64,000 nt of DNA, taken from Eledone cirrhosa. Its lineage: Eukaryota. The position numbers and the translations under genes are program-made. Under the pieces are notes generated by a model. That model saw only the letters and a program-made list of their open reading frames with translations, ran no database searches and was not told the DNA's origin. The stretch covers positions 405,666,001-405,730,000 of the forward strand of contig OZ024741.1 in the NCBI GenBank assembly GCA_964016885.1. Reading direction: 5' to 3'. Positions 12,332-23,400 of this stretch are shown piece after piece (the stretch's first letter is position 1; each line of letters opens with the position of its first letter).

Positions 12332-14119
12332 TTACCTCTCTGCGTCCCGGGTATCGGGCTGCACAATTTCCATTAGGGTGGGGGATGGGTTGTTGGGTGG
12401 GGTGGTGGTTTGTGGAAGTGTGGGGGCATCAGTGTGTTGTGTGGTTGGGGAGCTTGGAGTTGTGAGGGTGTTTGGGGAGGGGGTGGGATAGTTTTTTAGG
12501 AGGACGCGGTTAATGGGCCCGACGCAGGGGGGACCCACGTCCTCTTTAAAATTGTTTTTTAAAGTTTTATAGGTGTCCTGTGGGGCCTTAATCATTTTGA
12601 GGTGGGGGAAATCCCCTGACTGGGTGAAGTTAGGCCCTTGTGTTTTTATTAGATTGTTGTTGTACACAATGTTTAACAGTTTTTTGTTTCTTGTATTTAT
12701 GTATGTGTATGCATGTTTTTGTTTTTGTGTGGTGTTTTTTGTTTGCTGTTGTGAGCTCTTTTGTGTTGGTGTCAGTGTTATGTTTTGGGGAGGGGTTTTT
12801 TTCATTTGTGTGTCTGAGGTGTGTTTTCTTTTTTTTCTTTTGATTGTGTGGAAGTGCTCCTCCTCGTCTGACGACGAACTAGGGTCATCTTCCGCGTTGG
12901 AGGGGAGGGGTATATTTTCGGGTTGTGTTTGCGGTACGGGTGTTTTGGAAATTGTTTTTGTTTTTTGAGTAGAGGGGATGGGTTGGACATTGTTTTGTTT
13001 TGGTTTCAGCTGTGGTGGTTGTTTTTGTAGTGGTAGTTGTGGTGATTGTGTTGGTTGTGCAGTTGTTGGTGGTGTAGGCAGGATTGGGGTTTTCTTATTA
13101 AGTTGGGGACAGACAGCCCTCAGGTGACCTCTGGTTCCGCAGAGGTAACACGAGGGCCGTCTACCCTCAACGGTAATGTTGATGAAGGTTAGATCATCCA
13201 GTATGACGCGTTCAGGGATCTGGGCGATCCTTTCGGGCCTCATTTGAACTACAAGTTCGAGGCTCGTTCCACTGAACGCGTCACCCGATGCCTTTCCCAT
13301 GGACACCAGCATGTCATCCTCCAGGTCCAGAAAACCTGTCAAAACCCACCATATGTCCATAATCGGCAGGATGGTGTGGATTTTTATTTTTTGTGTTCTT
13401 CTACCCATGTACGTAGGGTAGAAGGTGTATGCGGTGGATGTGATTGGTTTGATGGACAGTTTCACTGCTGTGTCCCTGTCCTTCATGAGAATGGATAGAC
13501 TCCCGTAGAGTCTATCCTTCTGAATGAAGGTGATGTCCTTCATGACGTCTTTTAAAACCAGCTCTATCTCGCTCTGTGATGGTTGAGCTGGTTTTTTACT
13601 TTTGTTCGAGATTGTCCTAAACATGACCGTGTTTAGGAGTCTTTGGCTTTTTAGTTCCGGGGGGGAATGGATTGTGAATGAACCATTTTCCCCGTACACT
13701 ATATATTTTTTCGCATCCGCCAGTAGCTCCTTCGCTTTTGTTATATCTACTGGCAGATAGTCGAGGGTTTTCCTTGTCGTCTCGGCGAAGGAGAAATTTT
13801 GTTTGTTTGTGTTGTTGTTGTCGTTGGTGGTGTTGTTGTTATCATTGTTGTTGTTGTCACCGTTATTGGTCTTGTTGTTGTTATTGTTATTGTTATTGGT
13901 GTTGTTTTCGTCCGTCGCATTGTTGTTGTTGTTGCTGTTGCTGCTGGTTCTTTGGGTTGTTGCCATGGCAACGTCAAGTTGTCGGTTAACAGGTGGAGAG
14001 AATTCTTCCTCTGGCTGACCTATCTTCTTGACCTCTGCTACTGTGACAGTGGCAGGGGGAAGCTGTAAGTTCATCTTCCCCTTTCCTCCTTCGAATTTTG
14101 GTGAAGAAGCTTCGGCCAT
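12332..14119 (-). CDS. ORF1 nucleic-acid-binding (gag-like) protein, 595 aa
   Basis: Upstream of ORF2; single zinc knuckle CYLCGTRGHLRAVC (CX2CX4HX4C); Asn-rich N-terminus and Pro/Thr/Gln-rich linker; homologous to ORF1 of E5 and E6. Confidence 0.92.
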   Translation of the reverse strand: MAEASSPKFEGGKGKMNLQLPPATVTVAEVKKIGQPEEEFSPPVNRQLDVAMATTQRTSSNSNNNNNATDENNTNNNNNNNNKTNNGDNNNNDNNNTTNDNNNTNKQNFSFAETTRKTLDYLPVDITKAKELLADAKKYIVYGENGSFTIHSPPELKSQRLLNTVMFRTISNKSKKPAQPSQSEIELVLKDVMKDITFIQKDRLYGSLSILMKDRDTAVKLSIKPITSTAYTFYPTYMGRRTQKIKIHTILPIMDIWWVLTGFLDLEDDMLVSMGKASGDAFSGTSLELVVQMRPERIAQIPERVILDDLTFINITVEGRRPSCYLCGTRGHLRAVCPQLNKKTPILPTPPTTAQPTQSPQLPLQKQPPQLKPKQNNVQPIPSTQKTKTISKTPVPQTQPENIPLPSNAEDDPSSSSDEEEHFHTIKRKKRKHTSDTQMKKTPPQNITLTPTQKSSQQQTKNTTQKQKHAYTYINTRNKKLLNIVYNNNLIKTQGPNFTQSGDFPHLKMIKAPQDTYKTLKNNFKEDVGPPCVGPINRVLLKNYPTPSPNTLTTPSSPTTQHTDAPTLPQTTTPPNNPSPTLMEIVQPDTRDAER

Positions 14120-14328
14120 TTAAAAAAATATTGACTTTTCAACAAGAAAAAACTTTTTTTTTAACTATTTCGCCTAAAGGCGTAGAATATTTTGAGAGAC
14201 TGACCAGATCAAAGTTTGACCTGGCAGTCCCTCTACAAAATGGTACAAAAATTAAAGTTATCAGACAAGAATTTCTATAGAAATTTAAACAGAACTTACT
14301 CAGCAAGTTATACGCGTGTGTCCATCCC

Positions 14329-14330
14329 AG

Positions 14331-14382
<52 letters not shown>
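14329..14382 (+). repeat. (GATA)~13 junction tract E4/E5
   Basis: Longest GATA tract in the array, read directly. Confidence 0.97.
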
Positions 14383-14619
14383 TTCTTTATTAGCCACAGG
14401 GGCACAAAAGAAGGGGACAAATACAAAGGGGGAAGTTTACATACAATAAAAACGTGTAAAATGTTATCACAGATGGAATTTAAAAGTTAGTCGATTTTCC
14501 CCAATAGAGGGAGACAGTTTATATGGGTAACACATACCCCCGAAAAAAAATGTGCAACTCTCATCTCCAGGAGTACGAAGAGCTTGTACTCCTTTCCTCT
14601 CCTCCTCCTTTTCCTCAAC

Positions 14620-17600
14620 CTACAGGCTGATATAGAGAGAAGGCCCATTCACTCGGGCCATTCTCGCCACTTTCACCCACCTTTCATAAAACTTGCTGGG
14701 GTACAGCACCTCTCTCTCCATCCTGATTCTTCTTCCAAAGTGGTATTTGAAAAAAAAGAATCAGTTGTTGGCCGGAGAGAAAGGTGTCTGACCTCAGCCC
14801 TTTCAACCTTGTCCACCATACAACCTCTTTCGCCATAGCTATCCCACAAAGGAAAACCGCCTCTCCTTCGTTTTTGAAGGAGGGTGGCGGTTTGATCATG
14901 ACAATGGACTCGGTGGTCAACTGGATTGGTGCCACCCGCGACAATAGTCGTTCTACATAGCCCCACAGGTCAGTGACGCCCGGGCAGTGTATGAATGCGT
15001 GCGCGACGGTTTCTTCGTCTCGCACGCACCTCGGACAGATCTTTTTTGTAGGGTCCCTGCCCGGGCGCCCATGTCTGTAGAGGTTGTCTCGAACTGGTAG
15101 AGCTCCTCGGTAGCACTGCCAGGCCAGGGACTTTTGGAAGTTGTCCATCGGTCCCGGGCGGAAGGTCCTACCGAACAGACTGGCCAGTTCATCTTCCTCC
15201 ACGCCTAGAGTTTCACCGAGCGCGTCGTCGCACTTGCTGCGGACCAACCCTCTATAGAATGACGAAGTGGAGTCTCCACTGATCGCCGGGTCCGCCTGCC
15301 AGAGGGCTGTGAGCGCCTGAGCACATTCGATGTGCCAGTCGCCCATTTTCCTCGGTCTCTGCTTGACCCAGGACTGCAGCTCGGTCAGCGAGACGAGTCG
15401 TGGGAAGGCTCGCTTCACGAACGGGACCCACACCGGTTGTCCGGTGAGGAATACGTAGAGATGCCGCAGCCTGAGCGCGTGTTTGCGCATCGTCAACCAC
15501 GGCATCCCCAGCCCTCCGTTAGAAGGGTGTTGGCAGCAGATGGATCTTCTTACCAAAGGAGCCCGCCTCTTCCAAAGGAATCGGAAGAGGGCGCGCTCCA
15601 TTTTGGCGAGCGTTTTGGCTGGACAAGGCACGACGGTCAAGCGGTAGTAGATGGCGGACGCTATAAAAGTGTTCGCCACCTCCGCTCGACCTTTCAAGGA
15701 TAGTTTGCACTCGGCCCACTTCTGGGTGAGTGCAAACACCTTGGCCGTCACTTCGTTCCAGTTCTTCTCCACCTGGAGGTCCGGACCAAACCAGACCCTG
15801 AGCAGCTTTACCGGTCCTTCCGTCCAGCGTCCGACGACGCCATCGGAAGGCATCGGTCTGCCTCTCCACGATCCGAGTTGCAAACCGATGGACTTGTCCC
15901 GGTTCAGCTTCGCTCCTGTGAGACTTTCGTATTCCTTTAGTAAGGTGCCGACTTCCTCGATTTGCGAGGCGCTCGACACCATTACTGTCACGTCGTCGGC
16001 GTAGGCCGACGCCGCTTTCCGCAGTCCCGGTTCCAGAGGGATGCCCTGCAATAGCTCCAGCTTCCGCAGTAGTGGCTCGAGAGTCAGTACGTACAGAAGG
16101 GAGGAGAGAGGGCATCCCTGTCGAATGGATCGCGTAATATGGAACGGCTCCGAGAGGTAACCGTTCACCTTGACCCTTGAGCAGATGTTGCTGTTGTGCA
16201 TTGCAGCAATCCAGCCCCTGAACACGGGTCCGAAGCCTGCCGCCTCGAGCACCGCATCCAGGTAACGATGGTCAACCCTATCGAAAGCCTTAGACTGATC
16301 CAAGTTGATCAGGGCCCCACCGAAGCCGGGTTTACACCCTACCCTCTCTATGATGTATCGCATGAGGTGGAGGTTGTCGTGTATGGACCTGGTCGGGATC
16401 GCGCATGTCTGCGCTTCTCCCACCAGGTTCTCGACGACAAGCGCCAGCCTCTTTGCCAACACCTTGGCCAAAATCTGTAACTCTGTGTTTAGCAGAGTTA
16501 TGGGCCGGAAGTTGCCTATGTCATCCCCCTTATTCTCGTCCTTCCTGATTAGTGTGACCACGCCCCCGGTTACAGAACTGGGAATTTTCCCGTTCTGTTG
16601 CCAGTTGCAGTAGACCGCTTCCAGGAGACCGGAGAATAAGTCCGGCATTGCTACGTAAAATTCGTAGGGTAGACCGTCGAGACCTGGAGATTTGCGTTTG
16701 CCGCATTGGCTCAGCGCGTCCCCTATCTCAGTGGCTGAAATCGGCTTTTCGCAGAACTTCGCCTCGCTGTCCGAGAGTCGCGGTAGGCCGTCGAGGTATG
16801 GACCGAAATCCATAGCGTCTCCCGGCGCGCCGCTCCCCCCGAACAGCCGAGCAAAGTGCCGCTGAAAAGCCGCACACATCTGCTTCGGCTCACGTATCAC
16901 GCGTCCGTTTTGGTCCTTCAAAGACCGAATCGTGGACTTGTTGCCACTTTTTGCCTCCGTCACTCGGGCCCAGCTAACAGCTTTGGCTCCCTCGTTTCCC
17001 AGAGCACGTATTTTGCTTCTGACAACGCAGCCCTCGTGCTTTGCGTCTAAGAACTGGTCCAAGGCCGTTCTCGTTGCTAGCACGCTGGCTACGTTGCCAC
17101 TTCTAATTGCCTCTTCTACTTTATCTACCAGTTCCTTCTCGGTTCTATTTCTATCTAACGCTAATTCTTTACTAAAAACTATCGAGTCTAATCTAACTGC
17201 CCTCTTGAGAGAGTACCACCATCTGTTGTTGACAATGGCCCCTGTCAAGTGCTGTTTAACTAAAATGCTAATCCGTCTACTGTAGGCTTTGCTTGTCGGT
17301 AACGACAAGTTCAGCTTCCAGTAGCCGGGTCCTTGTCTATGGGTTCTATCAAGGTTGGCCATGCAGGTCACTAGTTTGTGATCTGAATAGGCAACCATGA
17401 ACATTTGTGGACAGCTTAACATGTCCCTATCCTTATTTCTAACTAGAACCCTATCTAGGTACGATCTAGATGTTCCGCTACGATTACTCCACGTCCACAG
17501 TGGCGCAGTCGGAAAATCTAGTCGATATCTATCGGCCAGGTCAAATCGGTCGATTAACTGTTTGAGGCTGTTACACCCCCCTTTATCGGGACATGCTCCC

Positions 17601-18058
17601 ACATAGTCCCAACGTGCATCTAGGATTCCATTCCAGTCCCCCACTAAAAGCAAGGAGCGGGACGTTCCCAGAAAAGTCTCTAGACGTTTGAAGAAGTCTG
17701 GCCGCGGTGTCCCGGATGGGGCATATGCGGCCACCAGCCTGAACGCTCCACCTTCACTACTGTCAACGTCTAGGACCACCAGTCGACCCTCCGGGTCCAG
17801 ATGTACCGTCTGTGTTACGAGGCCCAGGTGTTTCCGCAGCAAAACGGCAACTCCGCCCCCACCCCCCGGTTGACAGAGAGATGCGTAGATCTCAAAGTCA
17901 TCGAAGATGGGGGCCAGCTGTCGCTCGCCGTGGATCCTGGACTCGCAAATGGCTACCACATCCAAACTGTGCGACCTGAGGTCGTTTAAGAGTTTGCCCT
18001 GTTTCCAGGGCATCCCCAGGCCGTGTACGTTCACACATCCAACTCTTATATTGGCCAT
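14620..18058 (-). CDS. ORF2 (EN-RT-CCHC) of E5 with a +1 homopolymer frameshift ~40 codons before the true C-terminus
   Basis: Open for 1124 aa with all EN/RT motifs (GDWN, SDH, QGCPLS, YADD); the A run at 14750-14757 has 8 A versus 7 A in sister copy E7; correcting it gives ...GPSLYISL* ending at 14620. Confidence 0.9.
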
Positions 18059-18091
18059 GTTGGTGCTGAAAAGTTAAAAGAGGAAAAGAGA

Positions 18092-20008
18092 TCACTCACC
18101 CTTCGCCTCATGGGGACCAGGCCGCACGATTTCCATGGGGGTGTTGGAGGGGCTGTCTGGATGGGTGGTGGTTTCCGGCGGGGTGGGGACGCAGATGTTT
18201 GGTGGGGTGGGGTCTGGTGGGATGGGGGTGTCTGGGGTGGGGAGGCATTTGAGAAGGACGCGGTTGAGTGGTTTCACGCAGGAATTCCCCACATCCTTCT
18301 CAAATGTTTCTTTTAGGGACCTATAAGTTTGTATAGGGACCCTAATCAGTTTTAGGTTCAGTTTTTTGCTATTTTTTATAGAGTGGGCAAAAGTTTTCCC
18401 TTCGGTGAAAACCGAAGGGTCGTTCGTGATGGTCTCCATTAGTGTTTTGTTTTCAGTGTTTATGTAAGTGTAAGTGTAATTTTCTTGTGTTGTGTTTGTT
18501 TTTGTCTGTAGTTCTTGTGTGTGCTTTCGTTTTGTTGTAGGTATTTTGTTTTCAGGAAGTGGGGGTTTTATTTGTGATATTTTTGTTGTTTGTGTTGGTG
18601 GTTGTATGTTTGTGGTAGTGTTTGCTGGTTTTTTGCTTTTGTGATGTCTTTTCTTTCTTTTCGAGCGATGGGGTTCTCCCTCGTCTTCACTGGGTGATGG
18701 CGAGATAGCCTCATCTGTTGTATCGTCTGTGTGATTGGGGAAGGGTATGTCTTGGGGAGCTGTTGTGTCTGTATGTGATTTTGCAGTGGTTTTAGGTGGA
18801 GTGAGGTTGGGTGGGATTGTGTTTGTTGTGGTTATTTTTGTGTGTTGGTGTTGTTGTTGTTGTGGTGGTGTTGGTGGTTGTGTTGTTTTGATGGGTGTCT
18901 GCAGAAGAGCCTTTTTTTGGTTCATTAGTTTAGGACAGGAAGCCCTCAGGTGACCCCTGCTAAAGCAATGGTAACATGAAGGCCGCCTACCCTCAACCGA
19001 AAGGTTTATGTAGGTAAGTCCGTCCAGGAGTACACGCTGTGGGATCATAGCTATTCGCTCTGGGCTCATTTGCACCAGAACTTCAATGCTAGTCCCATTG
19101 AATACATCTCTGGGGGACTTGCCTACTGACAGTATTCTGTCTTCATCAAAATTGATGAAGCCGCACAGTATCCACCATATGTTCACCTTTGGTGTGACAC
19201 TTGTAATTCTGATCTTTTGTGTCCTTTTTCCCATGTATGTAGGGAAAAAGGTGTACAGGTTGGATACAATTGGCGACACAGAGTAATTTTGGGCCGTTAA
19301 TTGATCCTTCATCAGTACCGAAATACTCCCAAAAAGTTTGCTTCTTTGAATTAATGCAATATCATTCATTGAATCTTTGAAAACCAGTTCAATATCTTTC
19401 TGTGACAATTGGACTGGTTTTCGGGTAGAATTGGAAACTGTCCTAAAAACTATCGTTTTGAGAGCAGTTTCCTTGCGAATTTCTACCGGAGAATTGATGC
19501 TGAAAGCACCATTTTTTTCGAAGGTGACATATCTCTTAGCGTCCTTTAAAAGGTGTTCAGCATTTGTTATGTCGAGATATATCAATTGTTCTTTCTTTTG
19601 AACTTTCTCCGCAAAGGAGATTTTTGGTTTCTTTGTGGAATCCGTATTGGTGGTGTTGTCATTATTGTTGTTATTCTTGTTGTTATTCTTGTTGTCACCG
19701 ATGTTGGTATCATCCGTATTTTCCTTGGTGTTGTTGTTGTCTTTGATGCTGGTGTTATTGGCGTTGTCTTTATTTTTTTCTTTGTTGTTGTTATCATTGT
19801 TGCTTTTATCATCATTATTGGTTTTGCTGTTATTTTTGTTGTCATTGAGCTGTTTGGTGTCATTTGTGTTGTTTGGATGTGAATTCGTTTTTTTATTTTC
19901 ATTTTGTCTTTCCATCTCTATAGTATCTAGTGAAGAAGACGTTGTTGACTGCGAGCTTTGTAGTCTTACCGCCTCTCCACCACCATTATCGTTGGACGCA
20001 GCGTTCAT
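18092..20008 (-). CDS. ORF1 of E5, 638 aa
   Basis: Zinc knuckle CYHCFSRGHLRASC; FFPTYMGKRTQ motif; Asn/Lys-rich N-terminus. Confidence 0.92.
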   Translation of the reverse strand: MNAASNDNGGGEAVRLQSSQSTTSSSLDTIEMERQNENKKTNSHPNNTNDTKQLNDNKNNSKTNNDDKSNNDNNNKEKNKDNANNTSIKDNNNTKENTDDTNIGDNKNNNKNNNNNDNTTNTDSTKKPKISFAEKVQKKEQLIYLDITNAEHLLKDAKRYVTFEKNGAFSINSPVEIRKETALKTIVFRTVSNSTRKPVQLSQKDIELVFKDSMNDIALIQRSKLFGSISVLMKDQLTAQNYSVSPIVSNLYTFFPTYMGKRTQKIRITSVTPKVNIWWILCGFINFDEDRILSVGKSPRDVFNGTSIEVLVQMSPERIAMIPQRVLLDGLTYINLSVEGRRPSCYHCFSRGHLRASCPKLMNQKKALLQTPIKTTQPPTPPQQQQHQHTKITTTNTIPPNLTPPKTTAKSHTDTTAPQDIPFPNHTDDTTDEAISPSPSEDEGEPHRSKRKKRHHKSKKPANTTTNIQPPTQTTKISQIKPPLPENKIPTTKRKHTQELQTKTNTTQENYTYTYINTENKTLMETITNDPSVFTEGKTFAHSIKNSKKLNLKLIRVPIQTYRSLKETFEKDVGNSCVKPLNRVLLKCLPTPDTPIPPDPTPPNICVPTPPETTTHPDSPSNTPMEIVRPGPHEAKGE

Positions 20009-20225
20009 AACGTAATCAAAATTTTACAATATTTTTTCCAAGATTCGATGGAGAAAAATTTTTTAAATGGATATTCCGCCCCTGAAGGGGCGAAAATGAG
20101 TTGACCCACCACATGAAGGTCCAGACGGGTGGTCAAGTTACACAATGATATAAAATTGAACTAAAAACTCACGTTTTTTCCTTACATAAATTAACGGAAA
20201 CTTCTCCGCGAAGTGACACACGACT

Positions 20226-20244
20226 GATAGAGAGATAGATAGAT
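20226..20244 (+). repeat. (GATA)n junction tract E5/E6 with a GAGA variant
   Basis: gatagagagatagatagat read directly. Confidence 0.9.
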
Positions 20245-20477
20245 TTCTTTATTAGCCACAAGGGCGCAACAAGAAAGGGGACAATACAAAGACATGCCGG
20301 GGATTTTACATACAGTCGTGTAAAAAATATAAAAACAAACAATTTCAACAATCAAAATCCCCAATAGGGGGGAGGCGCCACAAATGGGTTGTTTAATACC
20401 CCGTCGATAGAACAACCCTCAAATCAAGGAGCGTGTTGTGCAAGTGCTCCTTTCTTCCTTTTGCTCTCTTCCTCAAC

Positions 20478-23400
20478 CTACAGGCTTATAAACAGAGAAG
20501 GCCCAATCACTCGGGCTATTTTCGCTTCATTCACCCACCTTTCAGTAAATTTACTGGGGTGCAGTGCCTCTCTCTCCACCCTGATTCTCCTTCTAAAGTG
20601 ATACTTAAAGAATGGAATCAATTGTTGTCCGGAGAGAAAGGCATCTGTCCTCAGTCCTCTCAACCTCGTCCACCATATAACTTCTTTCACCATAGCCACC
20701 GTACAGAGGAAAACCGCCTCTCTTTCGTTTTTGAAAGAGTCTGGCGGTTTGATCCTTACTATGGACTCGGCAGTCAACTGTATTTGTCCCATACGCGACA
20801 GCAGTTGTTCTGCATAGTTCCACAGGTCGCTTACGCCCGGGCAGTGTACAATTGCGTGCAGAACTGTTTCAATGTCCTGCGCACATCTTGGACACGTCCT
20901 CTTGGAAGGATCCCTGCCAGGGCGTCCGTGCCTGTAGATCTTGTCACGAACCGGTAGAGCTCCTCGGTAGCACTGCCAGGCCAGGGACCTCTGGAAGTTG
21001 TCCATAGGTCCCGGGCGGAAAGTCCTACCAAACATACTGGTGAGCTCATCGTCTTCGACGCCCAGAGTCTCTCCGAGCACGTCGTCGCCCTTGTAACGTA
21101 CAATCCCTCTATAGAATGTCGAAGTGGAGTCTCCACTGATTGCTGCGCCCGCTTGCCAGAGGACTGTGAGCGCCTGAGCGCATTCAATGTGCCAGGCGCC
21201 CATCGTTTTCGGTCTTTTCTTCACCCAGGACTGCAGCTCCGTTAGCGAGACGAGCTGTGGGAAAGCCTGTCTCACAAACGGTGCCCACACCGGTTGGGGG
21301 TCGGTGAGGAATACCTGGAGATGCCGCAGCCTCAGCGCATGTTTGCGCATCATCAGCCACGGCATTCCCAGCCCTCCGTTGGAAGGGTGCTGACAGCAGA
21401 CGGATCTCATCACCAGCGGAGCCTGCTTCTTCCACAGAAACTGGAAGAGCATGCGTTCCATCTTGGCGAGGTGTTCACGGGGACAAGGCACGACAGTCAA
21501 GCGGTAGTAGATGACGGACGCTATGAAAGTGTTCGCCACCTCCGCTCGACCTTTCAAGGACAGTTTGCACTCTGCCCACTTCTGAGTGAGTGCAAACACC
21601 TTGGCCGTGACCTCGTTCCAGTTTTTCTCCACCTGGAGGTCTGGACCGAACCAGACCCCGAGCAATTTCACCGGTCCGTCCGTCCAGCGTCCAACGACGC
21701 TGTCGGATGTCATCGGTTTGCCTCTCCACGTACCGAGTTGCAAACCGACAGACTTGTCTGGGTTTAGTTTTGCTCCCGTCAGCGTTTCGTATTCTTTCAG
21801 TATGTTGCCGATCACCCCGATTTCCGAGGTGCTCGACACCATTACTGTCACGTCGTCGGCATAAGCCGACGCCGCTTTGCGCAGTCCCGGTTGTAGGGGG
21901 ATGCCCTGCAACAGCTCCAATTTCCACAGTAGTGGCTCTAGAGTCAATACATACAGAATGGAGGAGAGAGGGCATCCCTGTCGAATGGAACGCGTGATTG
22001 CGAACGGCTCCGATAGGTAGCCGTTCACCTTGACCCTCGAGCAGATGCTGGTGTGCATCGCCTCGATCCATCCTCTGAACACGGGACCGAAACCGGCCGC
22101 CTTGAGAACCGCTTCCAAGTATCGATGGTCGACCCTATCGAATGCCTTAGACTGATCCAAGTTGATCAGAGCCCCACCGAAGCCGGGTTTACTACCCACC
22201 CTCTCTATGATGTATCGCATGAGGTGGAGGTTGTCGTGTATGGACCTGGTCGGGATTGCACACGTTTGCGCTTTCCCTACCAGGTTCTCGACGACAAGCG
22301 CCAACCTCGTCGCTAGCACCTTGGCCAAAATCTTTAACTCTGTGTTGAGCAGAGTTATGGGCCTGAAGTTGTTAATTTCGTCCCTCTTGTTCTCGTCTTT
22401 CCTGATCAGCGTTACTACGCCCTTGCCTGCAGAACTGGGAATTCTCCCGTTCTGCTGCCAATTGCAGTAGACGGCTTCGAGGACGCCAGAGAACAAGTCC
22501 GGCATGCCTATGTAAAATTCGTAGGGTAGACCATCTAGACCGGGTGACTTGCGTTTCCCGCAGCGGCCTAGAGCGTCCCGTATCTCAGTGTCCGTGATCG
22601 GTCTTTCGCAGAACTCGGCGTCCGTGTTCGAGAGACGCGGCAGGCCGTCGAGGTATGAACTAAAGTCCATTGCCCCGTTCGGCTCACCGTCGTTCTGCTC
22701 AAACAGTCGCGCAAAGTGCCGCTGAAAGGCCGCGCACATTTGCTTGGGGTCAAGTAGCACGCGTCCGTTTTGGTCTTTCAAAGACCGAATCGTGGACTTG
22801 TTGCCACTTTTTGCCTCCGCCACTCGGGCCCAGCTGACAGCTTTCGCTCCTTCGTTTCCTAGAGCACGTGTTTTGCTTCTGACCACGCAGCCTTCGTGTT
22901 TCGCATCGAAGAACTGGTCCAGTGCCGTTCTCGACGCTAACACTCTAGCCGCGTTGCCACTTCTAAGTGCCTCCTCTACCTTGGCTACTAGTTCTCTTTC
23001 TATTCTGTTTTTCTCTAAGGCTAACTCTCTGCTATACCCTATCGATTCTATTCTAATTGCTTTCTTGAGAGAGTACCACCATCTATTGTTGACGATGGCT
23101 CCCGTTAACTGTTGCTTGACTAGTTTACTTATCCGTTCACTGTAAGCTTTACGTGCCGGCAACGACACGTTCAGCTTCCAGTATCCGGGACCCTGTCTAT
23201 GTATTCTATCACGGTTGACTAAGCAGACGACTAACTTGTGATCTGAATAGGCAACCATGTGCATTCGTGGACAGCTTAACATATCCTTGTCCCTTTCTCT
23301 AATGAAGAACCTATCTAAATACGATCTAGATGTCCCACTGCGGTTTACCCACGTCCACTGTGGTGCAGTCGGGAAATCCAGTCGATACCTATCGGCCAGT

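Larger units (their letters stand above)
8606..14328 (-). mobile_element. Full-length, apparently intact Tx1/L1-type retrotransposon E4 (subfamily A, ~5.7 kb)
   Basis: ~210-bp 5'UTR, open ORF1 and ORF2, ~260-bp 3'UTR ending AATAAAAGAAATA-(TATC)n; (GATA)n on both sides. Confidence 0.96.
14383..20225 (-). mobile_element. Full-length Tx1/L1-type retrotransposon E5 (subfamily B, ~5.8 kb)
   Basis: 5'UTR, ORF1 (638 aa), ORF2, 3'UTR ending AATAAAGAAA-(TCTA)n; GATA tracts on both sides. Confidence 0.96.

Noticed and set aside
12308-12334. ORF1-ORF2 stop-codon read-through fusion (same frame in E4)
   Set aside because: Not conserved: the E5 spacer has a second in-frame TAA and the E6 spacer (41 nt) is out of frame. 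ORF2 has its own CAACATGG start in every copy that retains it.
18066-18099. 34-nt GT..AG mini-intron across the E5 ORF1/ORF2 spacer
   Set aside because: Very short, would not fuse the frames, and E4 and E6 spacers have no AG acceptor.
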